Source: the human T2T-CHM13v2.0 reference genome, Homo sapiens. Taken from it: DNA of 64,000 nucleotides. Location of the stretch: NCBI RefSeq assembly GCF_009914755.1, contig NC_060939.1; one strand, 5' to 3'. The translations under genes were made by a program, and so were the position numbers. Of this stretch, positions 1-15,261 are shown piece by piece; position 1 is the first letter of the stretch; the number at the start of each line of letters is the position of its first letter. Below the pieces are notes generated by a model. The model ran no database searches. It was not told where the DNA came from and was given only the letters and a program-made list of their open reading frames with translations.

Positions 1-660
1 CTTATTTCTAAGCACTATGACCAAGTTAGCTGAATGAAAAAAAACAGGTGATTTCTTAGTCTTGTTACCAATGTCAGGCAGGAACTTGGGTCTCAATATT
101 TTTTCTTGCATGTGTTCCTTTTCCAGTGGGTTTGGGGAAAAGAGGTGCTTTGACCTCCTGTCTTTGGGTAAGGAGGATGGGACCTGTCTTTCTGCCGTTC
201 TCTTGACCCCAGGGATCTCACCTGGAGTGCTGTTGATGGCTCCTACTTTTATTCCATCTCCAATGCCTTTTGGGGACTCCTAGCCTCCATCAGTGCAGCT
301 TTTTCAGCTTCCTGCGTGCAGTGGAGAGGGGCAGCCCACACAGACCCTTTTCCAACTCTGGTTACCTGTCCACAATGTTTAGGAATAATTGTTAATCACA
401 TTCTCATGTGGCCAGGTGGTTTAAAGGTGAATTACTGTTTTTTAGAGGACCTATGTAGAAATCGTGGGAAAGGTATTATTAGGGTGCCGCTTGATGCCAG
501 GAGATCCTAACAAGTATGCCAGAAGGAGGGGTGAAGTCACGTTTCCACCATAGTCAGGGCCAGCAGGGCCTTCCTCAGTAGTGAGGGGTGTCTCCTGCTT
601 TGTGCCTGGAGGGGTTTCCACATTGGCTAGAATGTAAAAAAGAATTATAAAAATGATTGA

Positions 661-938
661 GGCCAGGTGCCGTGGCTCACACCTTTAATCCCAGCACTTT
701 GGGAGGCTGAGGCGGGTGGATCACTTGAGGTCAGGAGTTCAAGACCACCCTGGCCAACATGCTGAAACCCCGTCTCTACTAAAAATACAAAAATGAGCCG
801 GGTCTGGTAGCATACACCTGTAATTCCAGCTACTCAGGAGGCTGAGACAGGAGAATTGTTTGAACCCAGGAGACAGAGGTTGCAGATCGCGCCAGTGCAC
901 TCCAGTCTGGGCGACAGAGCAAGACTCTGTCTCCAGAA

Positions 939-973
<35 letters not shown>

Positions 974-980
974 AAATAAA
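661..980 (+). mobile_element. Alu (AluS-like) with (TAAA)n tail
   Basis: Alu dimer; TSD ATAAAAATGATTGA at 647-660 and 976-989. Confidence 0.93.
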
Positions 981-1327
981 AATGATTGAATAACTGAGAG
1001 ATGATTTCCAGAGAAATTGAAAGGACTTGAATTTATTTGGCCCAGAGGGAGGTAGACAAGGGGCAGTTAATATGTCTTTGCATGTTAAGATGACAGTTTA
1101 GAGCATGATGACCAGTTTTTAGTCTTCATTGCAGTCTGGGCTGGAGGCAGGGAATTTCACCTGAGACAAGAGGTATTGGGTAGATGCATGGTTGGGGGTT
1201 ACCTTTTTCTGGATTTACTATAAAATCAGGACAACGTATCTTTGAAGCTCTCTCATTTATTCATTTATTTATTTAGCCCAGACTTCTTAGCATGTCACCC
1301 TTTTCTAGGATATAAAATGTTTGTTTC

Positions 1328-1654
<327 letters not shown>

Positions 1655-1906
1655 CTAGCCCATAGATGCCATTTAATTGGAGTACATCTTCAGTTCCTCT
1701 GTGGTGGGAAAACTAATAATGTGTGGTAATGCCAATAATTAAAGCACAGAAAAATAAAACTGAACGTGCAAGTTATCTTGCATCTTGGTCTGTGATCCAG
1801 CAGCCATCCTGTGATGCCCTAAGTAGAGGCAGTGTGTTGCAGTGCAGGAAGTGTGGGCCTTGGTGTAGATGCCGGGATGGCTCACCTCTGTCCTCAATCC
1901 TAGCAA

Positions 1907-2473
1907 CTTTTTATTTTTTAAGAGCCAGCTCTGTCACCGAGTCCAGAGTACAATGGCATGATCATGGTTCATTACAGCTTCCACCTACCGGGCTCAAGTG
2001 ATCCTCCCACCTCAGCCTCCTAAGTAGCTGGGACTACAGGCACACACCACCATGCCCGACTAATTTTTTATTTTTGTAGAGACAGGGTCTCACTGTATTG
2101 CCCAGGCTGGTCTTTTAACTCCTGGCCTCCCACAGCACAGGAATTCTAGGTTACAGGTGTGAGCCACCACGCCCACCCAGCATCTCCTTTTAACTCTTTT
2201 TTTTTTTTTTTTGAGACGGAGGTTCACTCTTGTTGCCCAGGCTGGAGTGCAGTGGTGTGATCTCGGCTCATCGCAACCTCTGCCTTCCAGGTAGCTGGGA
2301 TTACAGGTATGTGCCACCACGCCCAGCTAATTTTTGTATTTTTAGTAGAGACGGCTAATTTTTGTATTTTCTCCATGTTGGTCAGGCTGGCCTTGAACTC
2401 CCAACCTCAGGTGATCCACCCACCTCGGCCTCCCAAAGTGCTGGGATTACAGGCGTGAGCCACCGCGCCCAGC
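1907..2473 (-). mobile_element. Two adjacent antisense Alus (~1907-2178, ~2196-2473)
   Basis: Reverse-complement Alu consensus with poly(T) leads. Confidence 0.9.
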
Positions 2474-2788
2474 CTTCCTTTTAACTCTTTGTACCTGTTT
2501 TTTTTCCTTGTTAGGATGAAATGGTAACAACTAGCTCATAAGGCTGTTGGGAAGATAAATGAGATAGTGAATGTAGTGTGCTTAGGACCTTGCCAGGTGC
2601 ATAGTGAGTGCTTGACAAACATTGACCATCCTTTTACAGTAGTCACCTCTGCAGTGAATCAGAAATTTCCAACCCTGCACACTTAGGGTGTCTGGGGACT
2701 GATAATGCTAACTTTAGTTCTTTGCTCCTGATTTCACCTATCTGTGACATTCTTTGTCTTGATACAAGTGTCTGTAGTACTACATTCA

Positions 2789-3190
<402 letters not shown>

Positions 3191-4213
3191 AGAAAATGAA
3201 AATTGATGGTAATGAAGGAGGGTTGTGCCATGAAAATACAAGAGATTTCCTATTGTAACCTTGTTGCACTGTGGATTAAATTGAAGATGCACAGTGGACT
3301 CCTGGGGATGGAGGAGAGTTTGGAGGTCAGAGGGCTCTTGTCTTGAGCTCCAAGTGGTGCTCTAAGTCTAGGATAAAGATTTTACACAGGGTGGGGCAGG
3401 TGGACAGCCAGATCTTCATTTATTCTTACCAAGCTCTTATTAAGTCATGTGGGTGGGATTTACTGTTAAGGAAGGCAGAGCCTACCTGTCCCCATAGGGC
3501 TGGCATCCTATTGGAGGTGGCACTAGCCACTTAACTAGTTAAGTGAGTGATATTTGGGTAGGGTGCCCATAACTCTGATACGATCTGCCTTGCGATTCTG
3601 CTCCTGCTAGTGGAGTGTGGGGGAGGCCTGGTCTTGGATCTTGTTCCTCACAGCTGGTTCATTCAGGAGGTTAGTGCTCTGCTGAGGAGGCTGGAGGCAG
3701 AGCTCCATCTTGGCCTGGCTGGCTAGTTTCTGTTCAGGACTAGAGCTAGCACCTGTAGTCTTGGCAAGCCATTTTAGAAATCTAAGTTGTTGGTCCATGT
3801 AATGTCCTGGTGGTTGAACCAACACTCGTTCTTTGCCATTCCTGGGCAGGTGCTTGGAGAAGGCTGGTGAGCTGTTCATGTTTTTTGAAGAATGGTGCAT
3901 CAGTAGCACAAGGTTTTCCCTGGTTCTGCTGAGGCCTGTTGCTGAGCTTTGGGGTGCCCTGTCCCCTGTTTTATTCCTGTTTTATTTCTCCCACATTGTT
4001 AGCTGCTCAGAGCAAATGGGTTTTGCTGCAGGTGTAGGTTTGCCTCTGGCTGATCCTGGGCAGTATGGCATCTGGATGGGAGGGTCTGAGGGAGCCTTAG
4101 CCCAGAGTTAAGGGGTGCCCCCCAACCCCTGCCTGGAGTCATCCTACATGGAGCTAATAGGGGCGAGTCTGGGAAAAGTTGCATTTGTTTCCTGCTTTAA
4201 GACTTTAGCTTTT

Positions 4214-4534
<321 letters not shown>

Positions 4535-5909
4535 TTAGCTTTTGTTTGTCACCCTTTCCTGCATCCAAACATTTATGAAATGAATTTCTCAGAGTGCTGC
4601 CCACTCCCTACTGGGCTTTTGTTCCCACGGTACACGTGGCATAAAGTAGGCCCTCAGTAAGTGTCTAAATGCCTGGCTCATATGTACCCTCTGAGAAGCT
4701 GCCTTGGGGGGACCCCTCAGCCAAGCTCTGAGCAGTCCATTATAGCCCTTGTCACACTATCTTGTTCTGTCTTCCTGCTAGCCCATGCTCCAACTCTTAG
4801 TCTTTTGCATTTTTTTCCAGCACTTAGTCTGGTGCTTGTAGGGGAAAGAGAAAACAAATGAGCTTGTATTGAGAACCTGCTGTATTCCAGGAACTCTGCT
4901 AGGCACTTTACACACATTCTTCTTTAACTTAATCCTCACAGCAACCTTGCTGTGTAGACAAGGAAACCAAGACTCAGAGTTCAAGCCATTGACTAAGGCC
5001 ACACAGGATTAGCAGTGGCATGAAGTGGCTTCCAGCCCCACATGGGTCTCCCTCTGCTGTGGGGGGGCCAGCAAATGTTGGCTGAATGGGCAAAGGTCAC
5101 AAGAGGTGCTGTGTGCCTGAGAATGAGGGGCAGGCTTAGCTGGGCTAGCACCTGTGGATGCAGGTCTACCTTATGCACACATGAGTTGTGTACTGGGAAG
5201 AAGCTGGGGGAAGGCACGTTGCCTAAAGTAGGGACATGTGCCTTTTAAGAAAGCCTCTAAAGACTAGTTTTTTATTGCATGTGATTACCTTCTAATTGTC
5301 AGGTTAAAGTTCGTAAGGCAGAACACTGGTATGATTAAAACACAATGCTCTCTGCCCACTCTCCTCACTCAGGGATCTGTGTGTTGTATAGCAACTTCTA
5401 GATATGAGAGGTATACTCTTGTTTCTCTTGTCCTCAGCCCCTGCCACCAGACCCGAGGGCAGTCTAAAAGCAAGCCTGTGTCCAGATGGATCAGGCCAAT
5501 TCCTTTCAGCTGCACTTCGTGCTTCTTGCCCAGGTGTTTTTAGGCTCCCAGTCTGGTTACAGAATGAATTGAGTGCCCGCAGCAAGTGAGGCTGTATGGG
5601 CACTGAGGAGGCAGGGCTGGTGGCTGAGGCCCCTGCTCTCTCTCTCTTTGAGGACAGTGCTCCTTGCAACTTTGTGCTGTGGAGCTGAGACTTCTGCTCT
5701 GCATGGGTGCCTCCACTGAAGCCTCATTCAGGTGGCACAGACAGGCAGGACGCACACCTTCTGACCTCACGTTGTGGGTCTAGCCCTGCCGTTAGCATCT
5801 GAGGAACTTGGCCTTTCACTGTAGAGTTGAGTATTTCTCAGAGACACAGAGCTGTTGTTCAGGGTCTGTTGGGATAGTTTCTGCCCCGGCCCTCTTGCTC
5901 AGTTGTGGC

Positions 5910-6191
5910 CCACAACTGAGGGCCACTTCCTGTCCCAGGCAGCCTCTGCTTGTGGGAGTGATCTGGGCTGTGACCTGCCCTTCCAGGCCCTCACCCTTGT
6001 TTCCCCAGAGCAGTGCCAGCACCCCGTGCTCCCCTGGGCCTCTGACTCTCCCTTGAACCTTCAGCCCGGCGTGAAGCACCTTGGTTGTGCTCTGCTCGTG
6101 CTGGTGGGGTTGCTGTATGGTGCTGCTGCAGCTTGAGGGCCAGAGCAGGGCATCTGTCTGTCCCTTTCTGCTTCTATGGAGATGACTACAC
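5910..6191 (+). repeat. 282-bp dispersed direct repeat, copy A (insert), flanked by 22-bp direct repeats
   Basis: Matches 7464-7745 with 4 transitions; flanks cccggccctcttgct(c/g)agttgt at 5885-5906 and 6191-6212. Confidence 0.95.
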
Positions 6192-7024
6192 CCGGCCCTC
6201 TTGCTGAGTTGTAAACTGAACCCCCCACAACTCACCCCACACTGGGTCCTGCAAGGGAAAAGGAGTGTCATCATCATTATCTTTCCTTGGGGTGGGCACT
6301 TAGGTGTTTTTAGTGGAATAGTGGCAGAGCAAAGTTCAGGTGCAAGCTTGGGTTTTCAGATTTCTCACTGGGGTAGGAGGAATCTGTCCCGGGCTCCTGC
6401 TGTGGGGAATGGCCAGCCAGGGCCAGCTGCCCTCCTCTGTCGGGTTGGAAGGATGGGGGAGGTTGGCCTGCCTGCCTCTGCTTACCACCGCTCCTAAGGA
6501 AGACTCTTTTTGGTATATCCATCTTAGATGAGGGATCTGGAGTTTGGAAAAGCTAAATACATTGCTCAGGAGGGACAGAGCATTTAAATCTAGGTCTGAC
6601 TCAATGCTTTGGTTCTTTCTGCTGTACCAGCTCTTTAAGAGATTCACTACCAGCTGTGTCTTTACCTGGCTTTACCATAAGAATTTCAGCAGCTTCACCT
6701 GTTTCTCCATAAAGTAACAGCAACTAACTTTAAGTGAAAAGGAGCCTAGTTTTGTGCTCTTGCCACATTTCTTCTCTGATAGAAGATTCAAGAAATTCAG
6801 TGCTCATGACAAGTGTTTTATTCCTTTCATGGATGGGAGGGGTTATTCCAAGAGAGAATGCAGAGGAGGACAATGCTTAACTCAGCTCCAGTTGTGGTTT
6901 TAGCTGTAATTGGAAGGAGGTGGCTTCTAATGGGGCAGGGTCCTTCCCAGCCCTCACCCAGATGACCTGATCTACCCTTATCTAAGGCTCCCCTGAATCC
7001 CTCCCTCTCATTAAAAATAAACCG

Positions 7025-7365
<341 letters not shown>

Positions 7366-7463
7366 AGAAGCCTGAAAAGCAAAATTTAAAGTGTAGTCCT
7401 GAAACCCTCAGGATGGTGTGCGGGGTGCAACCCAGAGCTGGGTGGGTAAGGGGAGAGCAGCAA

Positions 7464-7745
7464 CCACAACTGAGGGCCACTTCCTGCCCCAGGCAGCCTC
7501 TGCTTGTGGGAGTGATCTGGGCTGTGACCTGCCCTTCCAGGCCCTCACCCTTGTTTCCCCAGAGCAGTGCCAGCACCCCGTGCTCCCCTGGGCCTCTGAC
7601 TCTCCCTTGAACCTTCAGCCCGGCATGAAGCACCTTGGTTGTGCTCTGCTTGTGCTGGTGGGGTTGCTGTATGGTGCTGCTGCAGCTTGAGGGCCAGAGC
7701 AGGGCATCTGTCTGTCCCTTTCTGCTTCTGTGGAGATGACTACAC
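7464..7745 (+). repeat. 282-bp dispersed direct repeat, copy B (probable donor)
   Basis: Matches 5910-6191; no flanking duplication. Confidence 0.95.
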
Positions 7746-9216
7746 TCAGACCCTACTATGACAGTTTAGCTGGGCCTGACCTCCCCCTCGATTTTGAGAT
7801 CCTGATGCCCCTGAGGTGAAGGTGGCCTGTTTACTGTCTTTAGAGTACACTTCTGAGGATTTGGGATTCAACCTGTGGTTCTCTGGGTCTTTGGCCTGGA
7901 TGTCCCCCAGCCAGCCACTATCCTTCCTGGCAGCTGTGTCAGAGCTGGAGACAATCAGACTGGTTTTCTCCAGTGAGAGCTTTCTTGACATCTTTTAGTG
8001 TCAGGAAAGTGTCCTGGGAATCCCTCCTAGAGACCTTCCCAAGAGGGCATGGACCACCCGTGTCTGGGAGGACAGAGCTTCCCAGAGAGGAGGGGATAGT
8101 GCTGAGAGAACCCAGCGCACCTTGTGCCCTAGCAGTGGTTGAAAGTTTCTGGGTGGATAGTGCGTAATTGGGAGGGGCAGCAGGAGGATTGGTGGGGCTG
8201 GGAGAGGGGAACCAAGCCTACCACTTTGCTGGGATCCCCTCTCCCCAACCAGCCCTGTAGCTGGGCCATCCCTTGTGGTTTGGAGGGGCCCTGGCAGGCT
8301 TGTAGCCCCTCCACCCAGCCCCACCCCAGGGAAAAAGTTGCAGCCGAGCTTCTTGTTTCTTCATCTGACTTCAAAGCATGACTCACACATGCTCTCCCCA
8401 GAATGGAGTGCAGCGAGAGGCAGGCAGCAGAGACCCCAGCCTCTCCTTAAGATGCCGAGTGGCTGGACTTTGCACCACAGGAAAGCTAGGAGCTATTTTG
8501 CGACGTGCTTTTGATGGCCTTGGGTGTTTTTAGCGAGTGACAGGGGATTTGGCAGATTTTAGGGAGTCTAGCAGGAGGCTGTTCTGCTGGATTTGGAAAT
8601 GTGACTCGCACCCTGTGATTCAGACGCTTCCTGGGATCGTCAGCACCCTACCCCCCAGGGGAGTAGTGGGTGTCCCTGAGGGACTGGAAAGCTGAATGAG
8701 AGGTTAAAGAGCAAGATTAGTCCACAGGGAACAGATTCTCAAAGGTTCTGGGCTCAGACTCTTGAAAGTGGAAGCTGTGTAGTCAAGGCACTGACTCCCT
8801 TCCCACCTCTCTCTGCTTGGGACTTCTGTGTGTTGAGAGGGGAAGACTGAGTGGGGACAACTATCCAAAGATCTGAGGACCATCTGCCCATGCAGCCAGT
8901 CTCCCAGCCAGCTGGAGGTCAGGGGTGGCCAATCATCCCCCTGCTAAGAACGCTTCCAGTAGCCAGGCCTGACAGCACCTCCCTGTGCTGTCTTTCCCAG
9001 CCGCCTTCTCCTTACTCTGTACTGTGTCCTTATCCTCAAAGACGACAAGCCCAGGTGATCTCCACCTTGGCTCCCAGCCGTTCCCAGGCCTAGCCCCTCT
9101 GGTAACTTGGGGCCTGTTGAGGGGCTTTGGCCCGTGCTCAAATGCATGGTCTGTTCACTTATCCATCATCTCCAGGCCATTTGGGAGTTGGGGAGGGCTG
9201 GACCTGGGCTCCCTAG

Positions 9217-9632
<416 letters not shown>

Positions 9633-10741
9633 CATTGCCAATAAGCCTGCTGAGCAGACAGGGACGGGTGGTCACCCTGATTAGAAGCAGGAAAGAGACT
9701 TACGGAGCCTAGCAGATGCCTGGGATTTTTTAGGAGCTCTCCACCTGTGCTTCAGGAATGAATGGGTTTGCCTTCTGTGACTCTGTCTTGCCCGGGGCCT
9801 GGTCTCTGAGCAGTGGCAAGTCCCCGCACGTGGCCAGAGCAAAGCCTGGCACGCTGCCTCTCCTTTCCAGTTTTCCGTGTCCTTTCTCAGGGGTGAAGGT
9901 TGCCCACACCACCCTCAGCCTGGTTTTCTGAGCACTCTTTCTCAATTAATGCAGCATATCTCTGGAGAGGAGGTGTCCAGTGACCCCACCCACTGGCCCA
10001 AGGCCATGGGAGCTAACAGGGAAAGATTCAGGAATCCCTGGGAGCCCTCAGGCTTGAGACTTTCAGGGTTAAATCCTGGCACAGCAGGGACTGCTCTCAG
10101 TTCCTCTGTAGAATGAGTGTGAACAGCAATAGCAGTGGGGAAATTAAGCTGAAAAACCTGGGCCCGCTGGGTGGGGATGGGTTGCAGGAGTACCTGGTGA
10201 GGGACAGAACTTGTCTGGCACCTTACTTGCCAGCCCCTGTGCTTTGGGTTGAATGGTAGGAAGTGAACAGCTCCGTAGTCTCTGACCACCGCCCTCTGCA
10301 GTTCTTCATTGTCTTGGCCATGCCAGCTTCCAGTGCACAGCCAGCTCTGGCCTCTCACTCAGAACTGGGGCCCAGGCTGCCGCAGGTGTATGTTGGAGTG
10401 TTTTGCCAAGCAAAGTTAGGGGATGATGCCTGGTCATATGCATTTTCTGTCAGGGGCTCTGGGCTTCCCCCACCTCCTTGCATCCTGCCCCTGCCTACAA
10501 AGAGGGAGAACCGAGCACGACTAACAAGGCAGCTCATTTGTCTCCTGTGTTAGTGCTTCTCTTTGATACTTTCTTTTCCCAACTGTTTGTGGCCTTCAGG
10601 GGTTTAAAGCTGTATGGCAGGTCTACGCACCGTCCCTGGGTTTTCTCTACCCCCAGGAATATGCTGATCCTGGCCTTACTGTTACCCTTGCCCTGGCACC
10701 CTTTGGGCTGCTCTTGCCTGGAATTTGAACCAAAGTTCAAA

Positions 10742-10834
10742 TGAGACTTCTCCACCATGGGCCCCTCAAAGCTGAGACCTCTCCACCATGGGCCCCTCAA
10801 AGCTGAGACCTCTCCACCATGGGCCCCTCAAAGC
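10742..10834. repeat. 31-bp x3 tandem repeat TGAGAC(C/T)TCTCCACCATGGGCCCCTCAAAGC
   Basis: Units start at 10742, 10773, 10804; one mismatch in total. Confidence 0.95.
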
Positions 10835-11077
10835 CAGGCCTTCACCCTTGATAGAGCTTTTCCAGCTAGACCCAGGTTGTGGCAGTCTTGCTTTATATGC
10901 CAGGGGAGGAGTCCTCAGAGACTGAACTTTGCCTTCATGGCCCAGCAGGCAGGGTCCCCATCTCAGCTCTTCACTGTCTGTCTTCTTGTCCTCCTGTGGC
11001 CAACCTCAGAAGCCCTGCGTTTGGGGAGGGGATTGTTAATGCCTTGGTTATACTTTTGGAAGAATAGATGGACTCCT

Positions 11078-11538
<461 letters not shown>

Positions 11539-11814
11539 CTAGGCTCTTCAGGGGCTTAGTTCAGAGATACCCTAGGCTAAAAGGAAAGAGGAGGAACCAG
11601 TCCTTGCACAGCTGCTGGTAGCTTGATTCCACTGCCCCTTCACACTCTGGAAAGGGAGTCCCAGGAAAATCCATACTGGAGACAGGGTAGTTGTAGGCCA
11701 GGATCACTGCACCTGGGGCTGGGTAGGCTGCAGTGGGAGAGAAAGCAGGCAGGAGCAGGCCAGAGAGGGCTTCTCTCATTGCCCACCTTCTGTCCTGCAG
11801 GTTGGAAGTACTCC

Positions 11815-13246
11815 ATGACACACACTCGGAGAAAGTCCCTTCCCATGCTGAGTTCGGGCCTCACTGGCCGCCGAGAGCCCCTGCAGATGGAAGACAGCAA
11901 CATGGAGCAGGGGGTTGAGGGTGTGGAGCCAGGCATGCCCGAGAGCCCAGGTCACCTCACAGGGCGCCGCAAGAATTACCCACTTCGTAAGCGCCCATTG
12001 GTTCCTGAGAAGCCCAAGGCCTGCAAAGTGCTGCTGACTCGCCTGGAGAATGTGGCCGGTCCCCGGAGTGCAGATGAGGCTGATGAGCTACCGCCTGACC
12101 TGCCCAAGCCCCCCAGCCCGGCCCCATCCAGTGAAGACCCTGGCCTTGCCCAGCCCCGCAAGCGGCGCCTGGCCTCCCTCAATGCTGAAGCTCTCAATAA
12201 CCTGCTGCTGGAGCGAGAGGACACCAGCAGCCTGGCAGGCACCCGCCGCAGTCGAGCAGGGGATCCCCACCGCAGCCGTGACCGTGATCGTGCTACTGGG
12301 GGCTGGTCCTCCTCCAAGAAGCGGCCCCGGCTGGGGGACCTTGGAGGAGGAAGTCGGGACCTGTCTCCAGAGCCAGCACCCGATGAAGGTCCCCGCCGAG
12401 ATGGAGACCCAGCTCCCAAGAGACTGGCTAGCCTGAACGCAGCTGCTTTCCTAAAACTGAGCCAGGAGCGGGAGCTACCCCTGCGGCTGCCTCGTGCCCA
12501 TGCAGAAGTAGATGGGCGCTCCACTGAGCCCCCAGCACCCAAGGCCCCGAGGCCAAAGTGGCCCAAGGTCAATGGCAAGAACTATCCCAAGGCTTGGCAG
12601 GGGGCCAGCTCTGGGGAGGCTGCAGGCCCACCTGGCTGGCAAGGCTGCCCTGATGAACCATGGCCATCTGCAACTCCTTGTGGGCCATCCGTCCAGCCAT
12701 CTCATAAGCCCCTGAGCAAGGCTCTGGAGAGCCCTTTGGGGCTGCGCCCTCACCTGCCCCTGCTGATGGGTGGACAGGCGGCTCTGAAGCCGGAGCCTGG
12801 GCGCCCAGGCGAGGAGTCACCTGCCCCTAAGCAGGAACTGCATCAGCCCTCTTTCCCCACACCTCAGCTGTCGCCGCTGCCGATGCCTGGCAACCCCGCC
12901 GACTACAATGGCCTGTGTGTTGGGCCTGAGCTCACTGCACTAGGCAGCTTCTACCTGTACTGTGGCCAAGAGGGGCTGCAGTGTGGGGGCTACTCGCCCT
13001 GCCCCATGCTTCCTGAGGGCAAGCTGTCCCCAGTGGCTGCACCTCACGAGGAGGGGCTCCTCTTAGCTCCGAGCTCAGTGCCCTCAGGCACCCCTTTCCA
13101 GCACCCTCCCTGGGGCTCCTCTCGCTACTGCTCTAGCGAGGACACTGGAGTGAATGGCTACAGCATCTGCGGAGTGTTGCCCCTGTCTGTTACCCACGCT
13201 GGCACTACCTGTGGCGGCTGCCCATACAAAATGCCTTTTGCAGCAG
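11815..13246 (+). CDS. BAHD1: BAHD1 first coding exon (exon 2; exon starts 11801, ATG 11815), aa 1-477, Pro-rich N-terminal region
   Basis: Acceptor tgtcctgcag ends 11800; ATG 11815 gives [15 protein letters not shown]..., recognised as the BAHD1 N-terminus; donor GCAG|gtgagg at 13246/7 (phase 1). The six exons sum to 2343 nt = 780 aa + stop. Confidence 0.96.
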
Positions 13247-14309
13247 GTGAGGCTTCCTGGGCCCAAGATGTACTGGGGAGTCTCGGAGACATGGCATCCC
13301 AGGAGGTTGGGCTGTTGATCTGAGCAGGGGTCTCCCTTGGGGTCTGGCTGCTAACTGGAAGGTAGGGGGCTTTCAGAAGTGAGAACTCCCGTAGTCTGTG
13401 CCCCAAGCCGAGGAGCATTCCCAAGAACAGGGCCCGTATAGCTCTGGACAGCCTTGCTCTGCCCAGGCTACCTTTGGAGATTCTTGGCCTGGCAGTTAGG
13501 TAGCATTGCAGTGGTACAGGCCACAGGAAGGCCTCTCTTCTCTCCTCATTGGGATACCCGTTCTTAGACTCTGAAGAGCAGGTTAGATATTGGAATTAGG
13601 ACTTTTACCAAATTGTTCTCACGGCCCTTCTACCCTCCTTGAGGAAAGCTAGAATTCCCTAGTTTCTAGAAACCAGTACTCTCTGCATGCTGGCCAAGTT
13701 CAGCATTCATGGGAAAGGTGGTAGGTACCAGGCTCAGTAGGTGGTACCTACTGCACAGGGCAGCTTTGCCCTGGCTATAGAGGCATTGAAAGAGAAGTGC
13801 CCAGACTGAGCATCACTTTGCTGGGTGTGGATAGAGAGGGTGCACCATGAGAACAGACAAGCAGAGTTCCCTGACATGGATGGAATGCGATCAGGGCCCA
13901 CAGCTTTGGTGTCTGCCTGCCTGACAAGACCCAGACACCTGAGAGGCCCATGCTCCGGCTGTTGAGACACTCCCAGAATCATTTCTCTTCCCTAAACTGG
14001 CAGAGGTATCCTCACCTGCCTCTTCAGGCTCCCTGCCTGCCTCCTGGGTGGAAATGAGACATGCTGGCCAGCAGGTCTGCCCTGCTGCTGGGGAGGTGAG
14101 GGCTGGACCTTCCAGATCTCCCTTCCCCTGACATCCTTTCTTGTAGGGGTCTATAAAACAACTTTATAGACCAGTTGGCCCTGGCCAGACTGGTTGTTTC
14201 AGGTTGTGGCTTGAGTTAGAGTTCTTATGACATGAGAACAGGCTGCTGCTTGGGGTTTTCCTTCTTTTTTTGTGCCATTCCCCAAGTCTAGACCCTTATC
14301 CCCTCTCCC

Positions 14310-14680
14310 TAATAATAAGGACACCAGTAAACACCATGTACCAGGCACTGTTCTGAGTGCTTTACATATGGGAGGCTGCTTGGCATGTAATTGAGCACAG
14401 ACTCCGAAGCCAGACTGCCTGGAGTGAAATGTTCTCCCCCACTTTCCTAGCCATGTGACTATGGGCGAGTCAGTAACTGCTCTGTGTCTCAGTTTTCTTA
14501 ACTATAAAATGGGTGTAATGATACCTATCTCACAGGGTTTTTGTAAGGATGAAATGAGTTAATGTGTTCGTAAGAAAACCAGCCAGTTGCTCTGAGGGGC
14601 AGAGTGACTTGCCTGAAGTCACATGGCTAGTAAGTGGCAGAACCCAGGCTGATTCTAGAACCCCTATTCCCAAGCATTAT
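14310..14680. mobile_element. MIR fragments (apparently nested)
   Basis: MIR core-like text (ctcagtttt...taaaatgggtgtaatgatacctatctcacagggtt...; gtcacatggctagtaagtggcagaacccagg). Confidence 0.7.
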
Positions 14681-14704
14681 GAAAGCCTTAGAAAATTAAT
14701 ATCA

Positions 14705-15010
<306 letters not shown>

Positions 15011-15261
15011 TTAAAAAGGATGTTCCAACCACCTCTCTTTCAGACTAAAAGGGGAGATGGCCAATCTCCAAGATCAGGAAACACCCCTGTCCCCTTAGAG
15101 AGTCACTCTGACAGTCCACCATAAAAAGGCCTCTGATCCCATCGGCCACCTCAGTGGCCTTTGGTTGCACAGTTAGAATTAAGACAGGAGCAGGCTCTGA
15201 AAGCAGATGGGTGATGGGGGTCACTGCTTGTCCTGTCCTGACCACTCTCTCCCTTTCCTAG

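Noticed and set aside
10742-10834. CRISPR-like appearance of the 31-bp repeats
   Set aside because: No spacers; eukaryotic intron; a simple tandem repeat.
11623-11814. N-terminal extension of the 566-aa BAHD1 ORF (and its tail 13247-13323)
   Set aside because: Mostly intronic sequence beyond the splice sites at 11800 and 13247.
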